Assembly: GCA_963717505.1 (NCBI GenBank)
Contig: OY970342.1
Location: 3,136,001 to 3,200,000, forward strand
DNA length: 64,000 nucleotides
Direction: 5' to 3'
Origin: Candidatus Eiseniibacteriota bacterium
GTDB lineage: Bacteria > Eisenbacteria > RBG-16-71-46
Positions 34,728-45,730 of this stretch are shown piece after piece. The notes beneath the pieces were generated by a model that had not been told where the DNA came from, did no database searches, and worked only from the letters and a program-made list of their open reading frames with translations. The first letter of the stretch is position 1, and each line of letters begins with the position of its first letter. The translations under genes were made by a program, and so were the position numbers.

Positions 34728-37723
34728 CGGATGAACACCACCAGAGCGCCGGTGGTGCCGTCGATCTTGACCCCGGCGGCGAAGTCCGGCAGCCATGGGT
34801 TCGGCGGCAGCGCCGGCTTGACGCCCCAGTTGAAGTTGCCGGTGGTCAATGTCGGCACGAAGTGGACGACTTGACCGGCCGAAGGGTCGGTCGACGCCGT
34901 CGGAATGGTGCCGATGTCGGTGTAGAAGATGCGCGTGCCGCCGACGAAGCTGCTCTCGCTCTCGCGCCAGCCGATCAGGAGGTCCCGTCGCGCCATCGAG
35001 CCGCCGAGATCGGCGGCGGTCATCGCGCTGACGATGCCGGGCGCCGGCACTTCGGCGTTGAGTGCGAAGTCCCAGAGCGAGCCGACGGTGGTGTTCCGAT
35101 AGTATTGGATCGTCCCCGACGCACTGGTCGTCTGAATGCCGGCGACGATGTCCTGCAGGCTATCGCCATCGACGTCGAGCACGGTGAGCGCGGTGACTGA
35201 GGCGCTGATCAGGTCGATCGATTTGGCCTGGACGAAGCGCGACGGTGGCGCGGTCTTGCCCTGGTTGCGGAACACGAGGATGCGACCGCTGTAAGTTCCG
35301 GTCTTGGTCCCGACTACCAGGTCCTTCTTGCCGTCCCGCGGCCAGTCGAGGTCGACCAGCTGCATCGAGGTCACCTCGCCGAGGGCGCCCGAGAACCCTC
35401 CCGAGGGCGCATAGGTCTCGACCCGGGTGTAGGCCGGGGTGGTGGCGTTGTCGCTCTGCCAGATCTCGAAGGTGCCGGCGCCCGAGAGCGGCGAGCGCGT
35501 GCCGACCAGGAGGTCGGGGGCGATGCCGCCGATCAGATCCGCGGTCGCCACCGCGGTGACATCTCCGGCGTCCTGGGTGCGGTAGTTGCGTCCGGTGCTG
35601 TAGGCGGTCGGCAGAGTTCCTTCGTTGCCGCCCGAATTCTGCATGAACCAGACGAAGAAGTTGCCGGCGGCGGCGTTCTTGGTGCCGGTGACCAGGTCGG
35701 GACGCGCTTTGGGCGCCGCAGCGTCGAGCGTATCCAGCGCGACCGCGAGCACCGACTGCGGCGCGAGGCGCGAGTGCGACGGGGTCGAGGCGAACAGCGG
35801 ACTGCTGTCATAGCGGTTGTGCCAGACCGACACGTTGACCGAGCCGCCGGCGTCGGCGCCGAGCAGGAGGTCGGTGTCTTTGCGGGCGTTCTGAGTCTGG
35901 TTGCCGTTCCAGTCCTTCTCGATCACGTCCTGCGAGGCAAGACTCAAGACGCGATCGGCGTTGAGCGTGATCACCTGGAAGCCCTCGACCCCGAACAGGA
36001 GTCCGCCGACCACCTGACCCGTGGTCACCGTATAGGGCCCGACCGCGGTCGCGGTGGTCGCGAAGAAGCCGTTGGGCACGATCAGGGTCACGAAGTACGG
36101 GCGGCCGCCGGCGCCGTCATTGACCGGCACCTCGATCGAGAACTCCCCGTTCAGGTCGGTGTAGTCGTAGCCGACCACGGTGACGCCGCCGTCGGGTGTG
36201 GCGCCGACCCAGACGTTCTCGACGCCACCCTCGCCGGCGTCGGGGCCGCCGTTCCGGTTCTGGTCGCGATAGACGCGGCCGGTGAAGGTCGCGACGTCGG
36301 TTCCGTAGACCCCGAATGCGATGTTGTCGGCCGCGCCGTTGACCATGATTCCGGATGCGGGATTGGGGGTGCTGCACGCGAACGAGTCGGGCAGGGTCGC
36401 GCTCACCTGATACGAGCCCGGACTGGCGAACAACTGGGCATGGCCGTCTACCGCGGTGTACACCTGTTGCCCGCTGGGGTAGAGGGTCAAGCTGATCCCC
36501 GGCACCGGCACCTCGCCGGTTTCCTGGGTTCCGTTCTGGTTGTCGTCGGTGAACACGAACACGTTCACGAAACCGCCCTGGACCAGCGTGTCGGCCCAGT
36601 CGTGGCTGTGCCCCGGCGGCACCACGACGTTGACGCTGTCGGGCCAGCTGTTGACTCCGTATCCCGGCGGCGCCAGATGCCGCACCGTGTAGTTGCCGGC
36701 CTGGACGCGGAACAGGTAGTAGCCGGTGGCGCTGCTCACGGTCGACATGCCATTGCCCAGGCGGACGGTGGCGTTGGGAACTCCGGTTTCGCCCATGTCC
36801 CGAGTGCCATCGCCGTCGTCGTCCTGGAAGACCGTGCCGTCGAGCGCATACAGGCGAGCGCCGAGGTTGGGGGTGTTGCGCATCGAGCTGACCTCGGTGC
36901 GCAGGCTGGTCTCGGCATATTTGCCGTCGAAATCCGGCCGGGCGGAGGCGGCGCGCACGTGAACCCGAACCCGCTGGATGTCGGCCAGGCGAGCGGCAGG
37001 CACCGGGCCCTGCGACCAATCCCACGGCGTCGAGCTGCCTTCGAGATAGACCTCGAACATGGGCGGCACGCCGGCATCGTCCGGGAAGCGAACCAGCGCC
37101 ATGCGCTCGATCACGCCGCCGTTGTTGCCGAGAATGCCGCCGCTCGAGTCGCCGTAGACCTGGCGGACCAGGACGAAGTCGTCGGGGTTCTGGGTGCGCG
37201 CGGCATCGAGACCGTTCGCATCCGAGAGATCGTTGGCGTCCACGGTTCCGTCGTTGTTGACGTCCAGGGTCCAGCGGATGATCTCGGCCCCGCGCCGATA
37301 CTTGATTGGCGGCTGCCACGGCGTGCCGGCGAGCGGGAACGGATTGGGCGATCCGTCCGGATCGTAGGCCTGTGGCTCCCCGATGGGGGAGCCGTCGTCG
37401 GGGTAGGGCGCCAGGTTGGCGCTGATCAAGATCTGCAGCGAATCGACGTAGGCGATCGCCGGCTGCGGCAACGCGGTGTAGTCGAAGTCGCTGCCGAAGC
37501 CGGCACTGCGCAGGTCGCGTGCGACCACGTCGACCGCGGTGCGCGCCGCCTGGATCGATTCGATGCGATTGATCGTCGAGGACTTGCTGCGCTGGGCCGT
37601 GAGGATCACCGACATCAGCACGACCATCATCAGCCCCAGGATCGACAGCGTGACCAGGAGCTCGATCAGCGTGAAGCCCGCGGCGGGCATGCGCCCACAC
37701 CGCGACCGGGAGGAGGGATGCAT
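34724..37723 (-). CDS. prepilin-type (PilW-like) protein fused to SdrD-B-like and FG-GAP/VCBS-like repeats
   Basis: G|FTLIELLV, ARDLRSAG; D.D.DG..D.GE repeats; DLDWPRDGKKDLVV, DVDGDSLQDIVA. Confidence 0.8.
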   Translation of the reverse strand: MHPSSRSRCGRMPAAGFTLIELLVTLSILGLMMVVLMSVILTAQRSKSSTINRIESIQAARTAVDVVARDLRSAGFGSDFDYTALPQPAIAYVDSLQILISANLAPYPDDGSPIGEPQAYDPDGSPNPFPLAGTPWQPPIKYRRGAEIIRWTLDVNNDGTVDANDLSDANGLDAARTQNPDDFVLVRQVYGDSSGGILGNNGGVIERMALVRFPDDAGVPPMFEVYLEGSSTPWDWSQGPVPAARLADIQRVRVHVRAASARPDFDGKYAETSLRTEVSSMRNTPNLGARLYALDGTVFQDDDGDGTRDMGETGVPNATVRLGNGMSTVSSATGYYLFRVQAGNYTVRHLAPPGYGVNSWPDSVNVVVPPGHSHDWADTLVQGGFVNVFVFTDDNQNGTQETGEVPVPGISLTLYPSGQQVYTAVDGHAQLFASPGSYQVSATLPDSFACSTPNPASGIMVNGAADNIAFGVYGTDVATFTGRVYRDQNRNGGPDAGEGGVENVWVGATPDGGVTVVGYDYTDLNGEFSIEVPVNDGAGGRPYFVTLIVPNGFFATTATAVGPYTVTTGQVVGGLLFGVEGFQVITLNADRVLSLASQDVIEKDWNGNQTQNARKDTDLLLGADAGGSVNVSVWHNRYDSSPLFASTPSHSRLAPQSVLAVALDTLDAAAPKARPDLVTGTKNAAAGNFFVWFMQNSGGNEGTLPTAYSTGRNYRTQDAGDVTAVATADLIGGIAPDLLVGTRSPLSGAGTFEIWQSDNATTPAYTRVETYAPSGGFSGALGEVTSMQLVDLDWPRDGKKDLVVGTKTGTYSGRILVFRNQGKTAPPSRFVQAKSIDLISASVTALTVLDVDGDSLQDIVAGIQTTSASGTIQYYRNTTVGSLWDFALNAEVPAPGIVSAMTAADLGGSMARRDLLIGWRESESSFVGGTRIFYTDIGTIPTASTDPSAGQVVHFVPTLTTGNFNWGVKPALPPNPWLPDFAAGVKIDGTTGALVVFIR

Positions 37724-37757
37724 GCCGGTCAGCCTCCGAGGACGGAGAACATGCCGG

Positions 37758-38168
37758 TCAGCGCCGGATGTACGTGGCAGTCGACAGCGAGCGGCTGCCC
37801 TGGGCGTTCCAGGTCACGGTCACCGTGACTTTCTTGAGATTGTCCAACGGGGCCGCCAGCGTCTCGACCTCGTAGTACCGCTCCCAAGAGCCGCCTTCCA
37901 GCAATTCGTTGGTCGCGACCGGATGACGGCCATTCGTGAGTTCGGGATCCGACCAGGGAAGCTGCCGCAGACTCTCGAGCTTCTCCTGCGCGAACAGGTT
38001 GCCCGAAGTCATCATGCGGTCGCGGTTCTGGCCGCGCTGGCCGGCTGGGAACAGCTGGCCCACCATGAGGACGCCGATCGCCAGCATCATCAGCCCGACC
38101 ATCAGGTCGACCAATGATGCGCCGCGCTCGTTTCGGTCGTGACGGCGCGCGTGGGATGGAAGGCTCAC
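37758..38168 (-). CDS. PilV-like minor pilin
   Basis: AGGAGG RBS then GTG; ERG|ASLVDLMVGLMML, AQEKLESLR, LKKVTVTVTW. Confidence 0.8.
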   Translation of the reverse strand: MSLPSHARRHDRNERGASLVDLMVGLMMLAIGVLMVGQLFPAGQRGQNRDRMMTSGNLFAQEKLESLRQLPWSDPELTNGRHPVATNELLEGGSWERYYEVETLAAPLDNLKKVTVTVTWNAQGSRSLSTATYIRR

Positions 38169-38534
38169 GGTGTACCTCCTGCGATCGGAACCGCCGGATC
38201 TCGTCCGGACCTGCTCCATGAGACATGGGTGCCGCCGCGGTTTCCCGGAACGAGACACCATGGCGGACAGGGCGTTGACCCTCATTGCACGGTCCGGGCC
38301 TGGGACGCTCCTGTGCCTTCGATCAGGAGTGTCGGCGAAGTCCCCCAACGGCTTGAGTGTTTATTCCCAACCGGCCCAGGCTCGCCGCGGCCCCGGAACT
38401 CGTGCGCGCCGCAATGTGATGCCGGGCGACACGCATACGCTCGCTTGCCGCCGGAACGGTCCCAAGTCATCTTGTCCGCGTCAGGTCGAGGCGAGAGCCA
38501 CGACGAGTCCCTGCGCCAAATCACCGGAGTTTCC

Positions 38535-41222
38535 ATGAAGGCATTGAAAATTGCCCTGATCGTATTCGTGGTCGTGGCTCTTCGGGCGGGTGGGTCGGCC
38601 GCCGCGGGGGCAAAGCCGCAGGCGGGTTCGGCTCCGGCCCTCCACCTGAAGACTCTTTCGCTGCGGCCCATCGGACCGGCCAACATGGGGGGACGGGTTT
38701 CGGATCTCGCGGTCCGCGCCGACCGGCCCTCTACATTCTATGTGGCCCTGGGCACCGGCGGTCTGATGAAGACCACGAACGCTGGCACCACGTGGAGCGC
38801 GGTGTTCGAGAAGGAGGCCGTGGCCTCGATCGGCGCCGTGGCTCTGTCGCCTCAGAACGCCTCCGTGGTCTGGGTCGGGACGGGCGAAGCCAACAGCCGG
38901 AACTCGTCGTCGTGGGGGAACGGCGTCTATCGCTCCGATGACGGAGGTGGAACCTGGCGGCACCTGGGACTCGAGGCGACCCACAACATCGCGCGCGTGG
39001 TGCCGGATCCCACCGACAGCAACGTCGTCCACGTCGCGGCCCTCGGGCGCCTGTGGGGCGAAGATCCCGAACGCGGCGTGTTTCGCACGACCGACGGCGG
39101 CCGCACGTGGAGCCACACGCTGCGCGCGGACGCGCGCACCGGCGCGTGCGACCTGGTGATGGCGCCCGACGATCCCACGACACTCTACGCGGCCTTGTAC
39201 ACCCGAAAGCGGACCCCTTGGTCCTATGAGTCCGGCAGCGAGACCGGCGGCATCTTCCGGTCGCGCGACCACGGGCGGACGTGGCAGAAGTTGGCCGGCG
39301 GCTTGCCCCGGCGCACCGGCCGCATCGGACTCGCGGTGTGCGCCGCGAGTCCGCGCTCGGTGTTCGCGGTGGTCGAGTCCGACGAGGGCGGCAACATCGA
39401 CGACTTCGAGTCCAAGAGTCGGGCGGGCGGCGTGTTCCGATCCGACGACAACGGCGAGACCTGGACGCGATTGTCGCCGCATACGCCCCGGCCTTTCTAC
39501 TTCAGCCAGATCCGGGTCCAACCGAACGACGATCGACGCGTCTACCTGCTCGGCTTCGACCTCTACGTGTCCGACGACGGCGGGCGCAGCTTCCGCGCCG
39601 GCGGTGCTCGCAACCTGCACCCCGATTTGCACGCCATGTGGATCCACCCCACCGACGGCGATCACATGCTGCTCGGCACCGACGGTGGCGTCTACCAGAC
39701 CTACGACCGCGGTCGCGCCTGGGACTTCCTCAACAACATGGCGGCCGGCGAGTTCTACAACATCGCGGTGGACCTCGGCGATCCTTACCGGATCTGCGGC
39801 GGGCTCCAGGACAATCAGGCCTGGTGCGGACCGAGCCGGACGCGGCTGAGCCGCGAGTCGTGGCTCGACGAGTCGTCGACCGAGCAGAACGCGATCCTGA
39901 ACGATCATTGGTTCTGCCTGGGCGGCGGCGACGGCTTCCACGTCGCGATCGATCCCGAGAATCCCGATCGCGTCTACCACGAATCACAGGGCGGCTACCT
40001 GATCCGCACCGATCTGGGGACCGGGGTGCGCCGCATGTTGCGGCCGTCGCCGAAGGAGGGGGAAGCGCGCTTCCGGTTCAACTGGAACACGCCGTTCTTG
40101 ATTTCGCCCCACGACCCGGCGGTGTTGTGGATGGGAGGGAACCACGTATTTCGCTTGTACGAGCGCGGCGAGCGCTGGCAGCGAGTCAGTCCGGACCTGA
40201 CCACGGCCGATCCCGTGAAGTCCTCGACGGTGGGCTCGAGCGCCGAAACCCATTGCACCATCACCACGCTCGACGAGTCGCCCAAGGTCGCGGGCCTCCT
40301 GTGGGTCGGTACCGACGACGGCAAGGTCTGGGTGTCGCGCGACTCCGGCGCGAAGTGGACCGATCTCACCAAGAATCTCAAGGTGCCCACCGGGCTGTAC
40401 GTCAGCCGGATCGTCGCGTCGCACCACGATGAAGCGACCGCGTACGTGTCGATCGACGGCCATCGCAGCGACCGCTTCGAGCCGTTCGTGCTGGTCACCC
40501 GCGACTACGGGCGCAGCTGGCGGTCGATCGCCGGGGATCTCCCCAAGGATGGGCCGGTCAAGGTGGTCCGGGAAGACTCCGCGAATCCCAAGCTGCTGTT
40601 CGCGGGGACCGAGTTCGGCCTGTTCGCGAGCCTCGATGATGGCGTCCACTGGGTTCGGCTCGACTCGGGGCTTCCGACGGTCGCGGTGGACGACCTGGTC
40701 ATCCACCCGCGGGAGCGCGACCTGGTGGTCGCCACCCACGGCCGCAGCCTGTACGTGCTCGATGACGTGAGCGGACTCGAGCAGTGGACCCCGGCCTGCC
40801 TCGAGCAGCCGGTCAGCTTCTTCGCCCCGCGACCGGCCACCGCCTATCACCTCGGCGTGCTGAGTGGTATCTGGGGTCAGAGGGCGTACGCAGGCAAGAA
40901 TCCGGCGTTCGGCGCTTACTTCAACTACTACGTGAAGGAGTTCAGCGGCGAAGGCGTCTCGATTGCGGTGCGCGACAGTGCCGGGGCAACGGTCCGGCGA
41001 CTCTCGGGCCCGGCGTCACCCGGATTCCAGCGCGTGGTCTGGGATCTACAGCCCGAAGCCCTGGAACGAATCGAGCGGCCGGAGTGGGCCGGTCAGCCGG
41101 CCTTCGTTCCAGCCGGGACCTATCGAGTCACGCTGAGCATGGGTTCGACGTCGGTCGAGCGAACGCTCGAGGTGCGGCACGCGCCCGGAGCCTCGGATCC
41201 CGATCGGCTCGCCAGTCCATGA
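38535..41222 (+). CDS. exported BNR/Asp-box (VPS10/sortilin-like) beta-propeller protein
   Basis: RPIGPANMGGRV, many S.D.G.TW Asp boxes, RFNWNTP, LVVATHGRS. Confidence 0.88.
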   Translation: MKALKIALIVFVVVALRAGGSAAAGAKPQAGSAPALHLKTLSLRPIGPANMGGRVSDLAVRADRPSTFYVALGTGGLMKTTNAGTTWSAVFEKEAVASIGAVALSPQNASVVWVGTGEANSRNSSSWGNGVYRSDDGGGTWRHLGLEATHNIARVVPDPTDSNVVHVAALGRLWGEDPERGVFRTTDGGRTWSHTLRADARTGACDLVMAPDDPTTLYAALYTRKRTPWSYESGSETGGIFRSRDHGRTWQKLAGGLPRRTGRIGLAVCAASPRSVFAVVESDEGGNIDDFESKSRAGGVFRSDDNGETWTRLSPHTPRPFYFSQIRVQPNDDRRVYLLGFDLYVSDDGGRSFRAGGARNLHPDLHAMWIHPTDGDHMLLGTDGGVYQTYDRGRAWDFLNNMAAGEFYNIAVDLGDPYRICGGLQDNQAWCGPSRTRLSRESWLDESSTEQNAILNDHWFCLGGGDGFHVAIDPENPDRVYHESQGGYLIRTDLGTGVRRMLRPSPKEGEARFRFNWNTPFLISPHDPAVLWMGGNHVFRLYERGERWQRVSPDLTTADPVKSSTVGSSAETHCTITTLDESPKVAGLLWVGTDDGKVWVSRDSGAKWTDLTKNLKVPTGLYVSRIVASHHDEATAYVSIDGHRSDRFEPFVLVTRDYGRSWRSIAGDLPKDGPVKVVREDSANPKLLFAGTEFGLFASLDDGVHWVRLDSGLPTVAVDDLVIHPRERDLVVATHGRSLYVLDDVSGLEQWTPACLEQPVSFFAPRPATAYHLGVLSGIWGQRAYAGKNPAFGAYFNYYVKEFSGEGVSIAVRDSAGATVRRLSGPASPGFQRVVWDLQPEALERIERPEWAGQPAFVPAGTYRVTLSMGSTSVERTLEVRHAPGASDPDRLASP

Positions 41223-41274
41223 TGATCCGTTCGGCGGATCGAGGTCGCAGTACCCCGGCGGAACACGTTCGGGT

Positions 41275-41304
41275 TTGACCGTTCCACCGGCGTTCGGCTA
41301 GGTT
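41275..41304 (+). promoter_or_regulatory. sigma70-type promoter for the gcv operon
   Basis: TTGACC-N18-TAGGTT ahead of an AGGAG RBS. Confidence 0.6.
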
Positions 41305-41331
41305 GCGTTGGTTTCCCTCCCAGGAGCCCCT

Positions 41332-42441
41332 TTGGACACGCGAACGGCCCCCAGGCGTACTCCTTTTCACGCTCTGCATGAAGCTGCCGGCGCCAAGCTC
41401 ATCGAGTTTGCGGGTTTCTCGATGCCGGTGCGCTACTCGGGCGACGTGCGCGAGCACCTCGCGGTGCGCGAACGTGCCGGACTTTTCGACGTCTCGCACA
41501 TGGGCGAATTCCTGGTGTCGGGGCCGGGCGCGCTCTCGTTCCTGAATCGGATGATCACCAACGACCTCGAGTCGATCGTTCCGGGACAGGCGATCTACTC
41601 GCCCATGTGTCTGCTGAGCGGGGGAATCGTCGACGACTTGCTGGTCTACCGTGAGGCGGATCGTTTCCTGGTCGTGGTCAATGCGTCGAACCTTCGCAAG
41701 GACTTCGACTGGTTGCGCGAGCATTGTCCGGCCGGGGTCCAGTTGACCGACGTCTCAGAAGAGACCGCACTGCTGGCGATCCAGGGTCCGGCGAGCGAAG
41801 GAATCCTGCGCGGCCATGTGCCGGACGCCGCCCTCGAACTCGGGAGCTATCGCTTCGTCCGCGGCGCGCTGTTCGGGATCGAGGCCCTGATCGCGCGCAC
41901 CGGATACACCGGCGAAGACGGATTCGAGCTCTACTTCCACCCGCGACACGCGGAAACCGTCTGGACCGGCCTGCTCGGCGCCGGGCGATCCGCGGGGCTC
42001 GAGCCCACCGGTCTCGGGGCCCGCGACACGCTGCGTCTCGAGATGGCCTACATGCTCTACGGCAACGACATCGACGAAACCACCCATCCGCTCGAGGCGG
42101 GCATCGGCTGGACCGTGCGCCTCGCGAAGAGCGACTTCGTCGGGCGCGAGGCGCTGGTGCGCCTGAAGGAGCGCGGGTTGGAGCGCCGCCTGGTCGGGTT
42201 CGAGCTCGATGGTCGTCGGGTCGCGCGCCACGGCATGGTGGTCGAAAGCGGCGGGCGAAGCGTCGGCATCGTGACCAGCGGCACGTTCAGTCCGAGTCTC
42301 GAACGACCGATCGGCCTCGCGTACGTCGAGACGGCGCTCGCCAAGGCGGGCACGATGTTCGAAGTCGCGGCCGGGACCAGCCGGTTGCCGGCGCGCGTGG
42401 TGAAGACCCCGTTCTGGACCCGCGGCTCGAGGAGAGCATGA
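41332..42441 (+). CDS. gcvT: glycine cleavage system T protein (aminomethyltransferase)
   Basis: RTPFH, FAGFSMPVRY, FDVSHMGE, RTGYTGEDGFE, GLGARDTLRLE; TTG start. Confidence 0.96.
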   Translation: MDTRTAPRRTPFHALHEAAGAKLIEFAGFSMPVRYSGDVREHLAVRERAGLFDVSHMGEFLVSGPGALSFLNRMITNDLESIVPGQAIYSPMCLLSGGIVDDLLVYREADRFLVVVNASNLRKDFDWLREHCPAGVQLTDVSEETALLAIQGPASEGILRGHVPDAALELGSYRFVRGALFGIEALIARTGYTGEDGFELYFHPRHAETVWTGLLGAGRSAGLEPTGLGARDTLRLEMAYMLYGNDIDETTHPLEAGIGWTVRLAKSDFVGREALVRLKERGLERRLVGFELDGRRVARHGMVVESGGRSVGIVTSGTFSPSLERPIGLAYVETALAKAGTMFEVAAGTSRLPARVVKTPFWTRGSRRA

Positions 42442-42492
42442 GCGCGAGCCGGATCGTGGCGGCCGCCGATTCACCGATCCAGGAGGGAGTGC

Positions 42493-42882
42493 ATGGCGTT
42501 TCCCGATGATGTGCGCTACACGGCCGAGCACGAATGGGCTCGCGTCGAAGGCGGTGTCGTCACCGTCGGCATCACCAGCTACGCGACCGAGCAGCTAGGC
42601 GACGTGGTGTTCGTGGAGCTACCCGAAGTCGGGCGCAAGCTCGAGGCGGCGAAGCCGTTCGGGCTGGTCGAGGCGGTCAAGACCGTGAGCGATCTCTACG
42701 CTCCGGTCGCCGGCGAAGTCGTCGCGGTCAACGCGTCGCTGGTCGACAATCCGGCGCTGGTGAATCAGGAGCCATTCGGCGAGGGTTGGATGATCCGGAT
42801 TCGTCCCACGCAACCGGACGACGTCAAAGCCCTGATGGGCCGGGCCGAGTACGAGAAGATGCTCGAGGAGCAGCACGCGTGA
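42493..42882 (+). CDS. gcvH: glycine cleavage system H protein
   Basis: HEW, LGDVVFVELP, lipoyl-Lys motif VEAVKTVSDL, GEGW. Confidence 0.97.
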   Translation: MAFPDDVRYTAEHEWARVEGGVVTVGITSYATEQLGDVVFVELPEVGRKLEAAKPFGLVEAVKTVSDLYAPVAGEVVAVNASLVDNPALVNQEPFGEGWMIRIRPTQPDDVKALMGRAEYEKMLEEQHA

Positions 42883-44216
42883 GCTTCATCGGAAGGAGCC
42901 CGGCCGAAGAGCAGCGGATGCTGGGCGAGATCGGCGTCCAGCGCTTCGAGGACTTGCTGGCGGCGATTCCGGCTTCGGTGCGTCGCACCGGCCGCCTGTC
43001 GGTCGGCGGGCCGTGGTCCGAGATCGAGCTGAGGTCGGGGTTCGGCGGGTGGGCGCGGTCGAACGCCGCCGAGAGTGCGATCTCGTTTCTCGGCGCCGGA
43101 GTCTACGAGCATTACATTCCGGCCGCGGTCGCGGCACTCGCTTCGCGCTCCGAATTCGCGACCGCGTACACGCCCTACCAACCCGAAGTCGCGCAGGGTT
43201 CGCTGACCGCGATCTTCGAGTTCCAGAGCATGATCGCCGAATTGACCGGCTGCGACGTCGCGAATGCGTCGATGTACGACGGCGCGACCGCGACCGTCGA
43301 GGCCGCGTTGCTGGCGCGCGCGCAGACCGGGAGGTCGCGGGTGGTGGTGGCGGGTGCCGTGCATCCGCACGTCGTCGAGGTCCTGCGCAGCTATCTCGAA
43401 GGCGACGTGGCGGTGGTCGGCGACCGCGGCGGCATAGCCGCGCCCGAGGATCTGCGAACGTCGCTCGGGCCCGACGTCGCGTGCGTCGTCTATCAGCATC
43501 CGAACTTCTTCGGGCTGCTCGAGAACCCACAGGGTCTGCACGCGATGGCGCATGAGGTCGGGGCCCTGGCGGTGGCGGTGTGCGATCCCATCGCGTTGGC
43601 GCTGGTCGAGCCGCCGGGCCGGTCCGGCGCCGACATCGTGGTCGGCGAGGGCCAGTCGCTCGGAAATCCGCCCTCGTTCGGCGGTCCGATGCTCGGATTC
43701 TTCGCGTGCCGCCAGGGACTGGTTCGTCGGTTGCCGGGCCGACTGGCTGCCGAGACCGCCGACCGCCGCGGACGGCGCGGCTACGTGCTCACGCTCCAGA
43801 CCCGCGAGCAGCACATTCGTCGGGAGAAGGCGACGTCGAACATCTGCACCAATCAGGGTCTGATGGCCCTGCGCGCGACGATCCACCTGGGATTGTTGGG
43901 CCACGAAGGCCTGCGCGAAGTCGCGAACCTGTGCGTGCAGAAGAGCCACCATGCCGCGCGGCTGGCCGAGGCGATTCCGGGCTACCGTCGAGCGCACACG
44001 GCGCCCTTCTTCCGCGAGTTTGCGCTCGAATGCCCCGGAGACGCGGCCGCGGTGGTCGAGCGCGGCCTCGCACGCGGGATTCTCGCCGGCGTCGATCTCG
44101 GACGCTTCCGGCCGGAATGGAAGCGCCTGTTGTTGGTCGCCGTCACGGAAGTGCGCACCGCGGACCAGATCGAACGTTGGGCGGCGGCGCTGCGCGACAG
44201 CGGGGGTGGGCGATGA
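42879..44216 (+). CDS. gcvPA: glycine dehydrogenase subunit 1
   Basis: [51 protein letters not shown]. Confidence 0.96.
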   Translation: MSFIGRSPAEEQRMLGEIGVQRFEDLLAAIPASVRRTGRLSVGGPWSEIELRSGFGGWARSNAAESAISFLGAGVYEHYIPAAVAALASRSEFATAYTPYQPEVAQGSLTAIFEFQSMIAELTGCDVANASMYDGATATVEAALLARAQTGRSRVVVAGAVHPHVVEVLRSYLEGDVAVVGDRGGIAAPEDLRTSLGPDVACVVYQHPNFFGLLENPQGLHAMAHEVGALAVAVCDPIALALVEPPGRSGADIVVGEGQSLGNPPSFGGPMLGFFACRQGLVRRLPGRLAAETADRRGRRGYVLTLQTREQHIRREKATSNICTNQGLMALRATIHLGLLGHEGLREVANLCVQKSHHAARLAEAIPGYRRAHTAPFFREFALECPGDAAAVVERGLARGILAGVDLGRFRPEWKRLLLVAVTEVRTADQIERWAAALRDSGGGR

Positions 44217-45730
44217 ATCACGACGCCCCGCAGGTTCCCCTGCGACTGTTGATTGAGCAGGGCGGCCCCGGGCACCGCGGCCCGGCGTTGCCCGCGTGCG
44301 ACGTGCCGGAGCGTCCGCTGGCCGAGCACCTGCCGGGGGTCGCGCTTCGCGAGGTACTCGCCCTGCCGCAGGTGTCCGAGCCCGAGGTGGTGCGTCACTT
44401 CATCCAGCTCTCGACGCTCAACCATCACATCGATCGCGGGTTCTACCCGCTCGGCTCGTGCACCATGAAGCACAATCCGAAGATCAACGACGAGATCGCG
44501 AGCCTGCCCGGCTTCGCACTCGCGCATCCGCTGGCCCCGGACCATGCGGTGCAGGGCGCTCTGCGCGTGATCCACGAGCTGGAGCGGACGCTGGCGGCGA
44601 TCACCGGCTTCAGTGCGGTGACCACGCAACCGGCGGCGGGAGCGCACGGCGAGATGACCGGCTTGATGATGATCCGGGCCTGGCATCGCTCGCGCGGCGA
44701 GGACGCACGGCGCCGCCGGGTCATTGTCCCCGACTCGGCGCACGGCACCAATCCGGCGAGCGTGAACTTGCTCGGCTGGGAAACGGTGACCATCGCCTCC
44801 GAGGAGCATGCGACGGTGAACCTCGACGAGCTGCGGAAGGCGCTCGACGACCGCACCGCTGCCGTGATGCTCACGGTGCCGAACACCCTCGGCCTGTTCG
44901 AGCCCCACATCCTCGAGGTCACGCGGATGGCCCACGAGGCCGGCGCCCAGGTCTACATGGATGGCGCGAATCTCAACGCACTGGTCGGAATCGTCCGGCC
45001 GGCGGATCTCGGCTTCGACGTCATGCACATCAACGTCCACAAGACCTTTTCGACGCCGCACGGTGGCGGCGGACCCGGAGCCGGTCCGGTGGCGGTCGCC
45101 GCGCACCTCGAACCCTTCCTGCCACGCCCCGTAGTGGTCGAGCGCGGCGGCACCTTCTCGCTCGACCACGACCGCCCGCACAGTATCGGGCGGGTGCACG
45201 GGTTCTTCGGGAACTTCGGAATCCTGGTCCGCGCGCTCACCTACATCCTCGGTCTCGGCCCCGAGGGCCTACAGCAGGTGAGTCGCGGCGCGATCTTGAA
45301 CGCCAACTACCTCATGCGACGCCTGGCGCGCACCTGGAACCTGCCGTACGCGGAACATTGCATGCACGAGTTCGTGCTCTCCGGACGCGGGCTGCGCAAG
45401 CACGGGGTCAAGACGCTCGACGTCGCGAAGCGGCTGCTCGATTTCGGCGTGCACGCGCCGACCGTGTACTTCCCGCTGATCGTCGAGGAAGCTCTGATGA
45501 TCGAGCCGACCGAGACCGAAACCCTGGACCGCCTCGACCACTTCGCCGCCGCGATGGAGCAGATCGCGCGCGAGGCCGTCGAGTCGCCGGCGACCCTGCA
45601 GCAGGCACCCTTCACGACTCCGGTCGACCGACTCGACGAGGGCCGCGCGGCCCGCGAACTGCGCCTGCGCTGGAACGTCCCGGGAGCCACGCCTTCTCCA
45701 TCGGCCGTGGAGACCGCCGTCCGCAAATGA
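44213..45730 (+). CDS. gcvPB: glycine dehydrogenase subunit 2
   Basis: [54 protein letters not shown]. Confidence 0.96.
   Translation: MNHDAPQVPLRLLIEQGGPGHRGPALPACDVPERPLAEHLPGVALREVLALPQVSEPEVVRHFIQLSTLNHHIDRGFYPLGSCTMKHNPKINDEIASLPGFALAHPLAPDHAVQGALRVIHELERTLAAITGFSAVTTQPAAGAHGEMTGLMMIRAWHRSRGEDARRRRVIVPDSAHGTNPASVNLLGWETVTIASEEHATVNLDELRKALDDRTAAVMLTVPNTLGLFEPHILEVTRMAHEAGAQVYMDGANLNALVGIVRPADLGFDVMHINVHKTFSTPHGGGGPGAGPVAVAAHLEPFLPRPVVVERGGTFSLDHDRPHSIGRVHGFFGNFGILVRALTYILGLGPEGLQQVSRGAILNANYLMRRLARTWNLPYAEHCMHEFVLSGRGLRKHGVKTLDVAKRLLDFGVHAPTVYFPLIVEEALMIEPTETETLDRLDHFAAAMEQIAREAVESPATLQQAPFTTPVDRLDEGRAARELRLRWNVPGATPSPSAVETAVRK

Noticed and set aside
41223-41331. glycine riboswitch upstream of gcvT
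   Set aside because: The leader after the predicted promoter is only ~20 nt, and no GGAGA/CCGAAG/CUCUCAGG aptamer elements are present.
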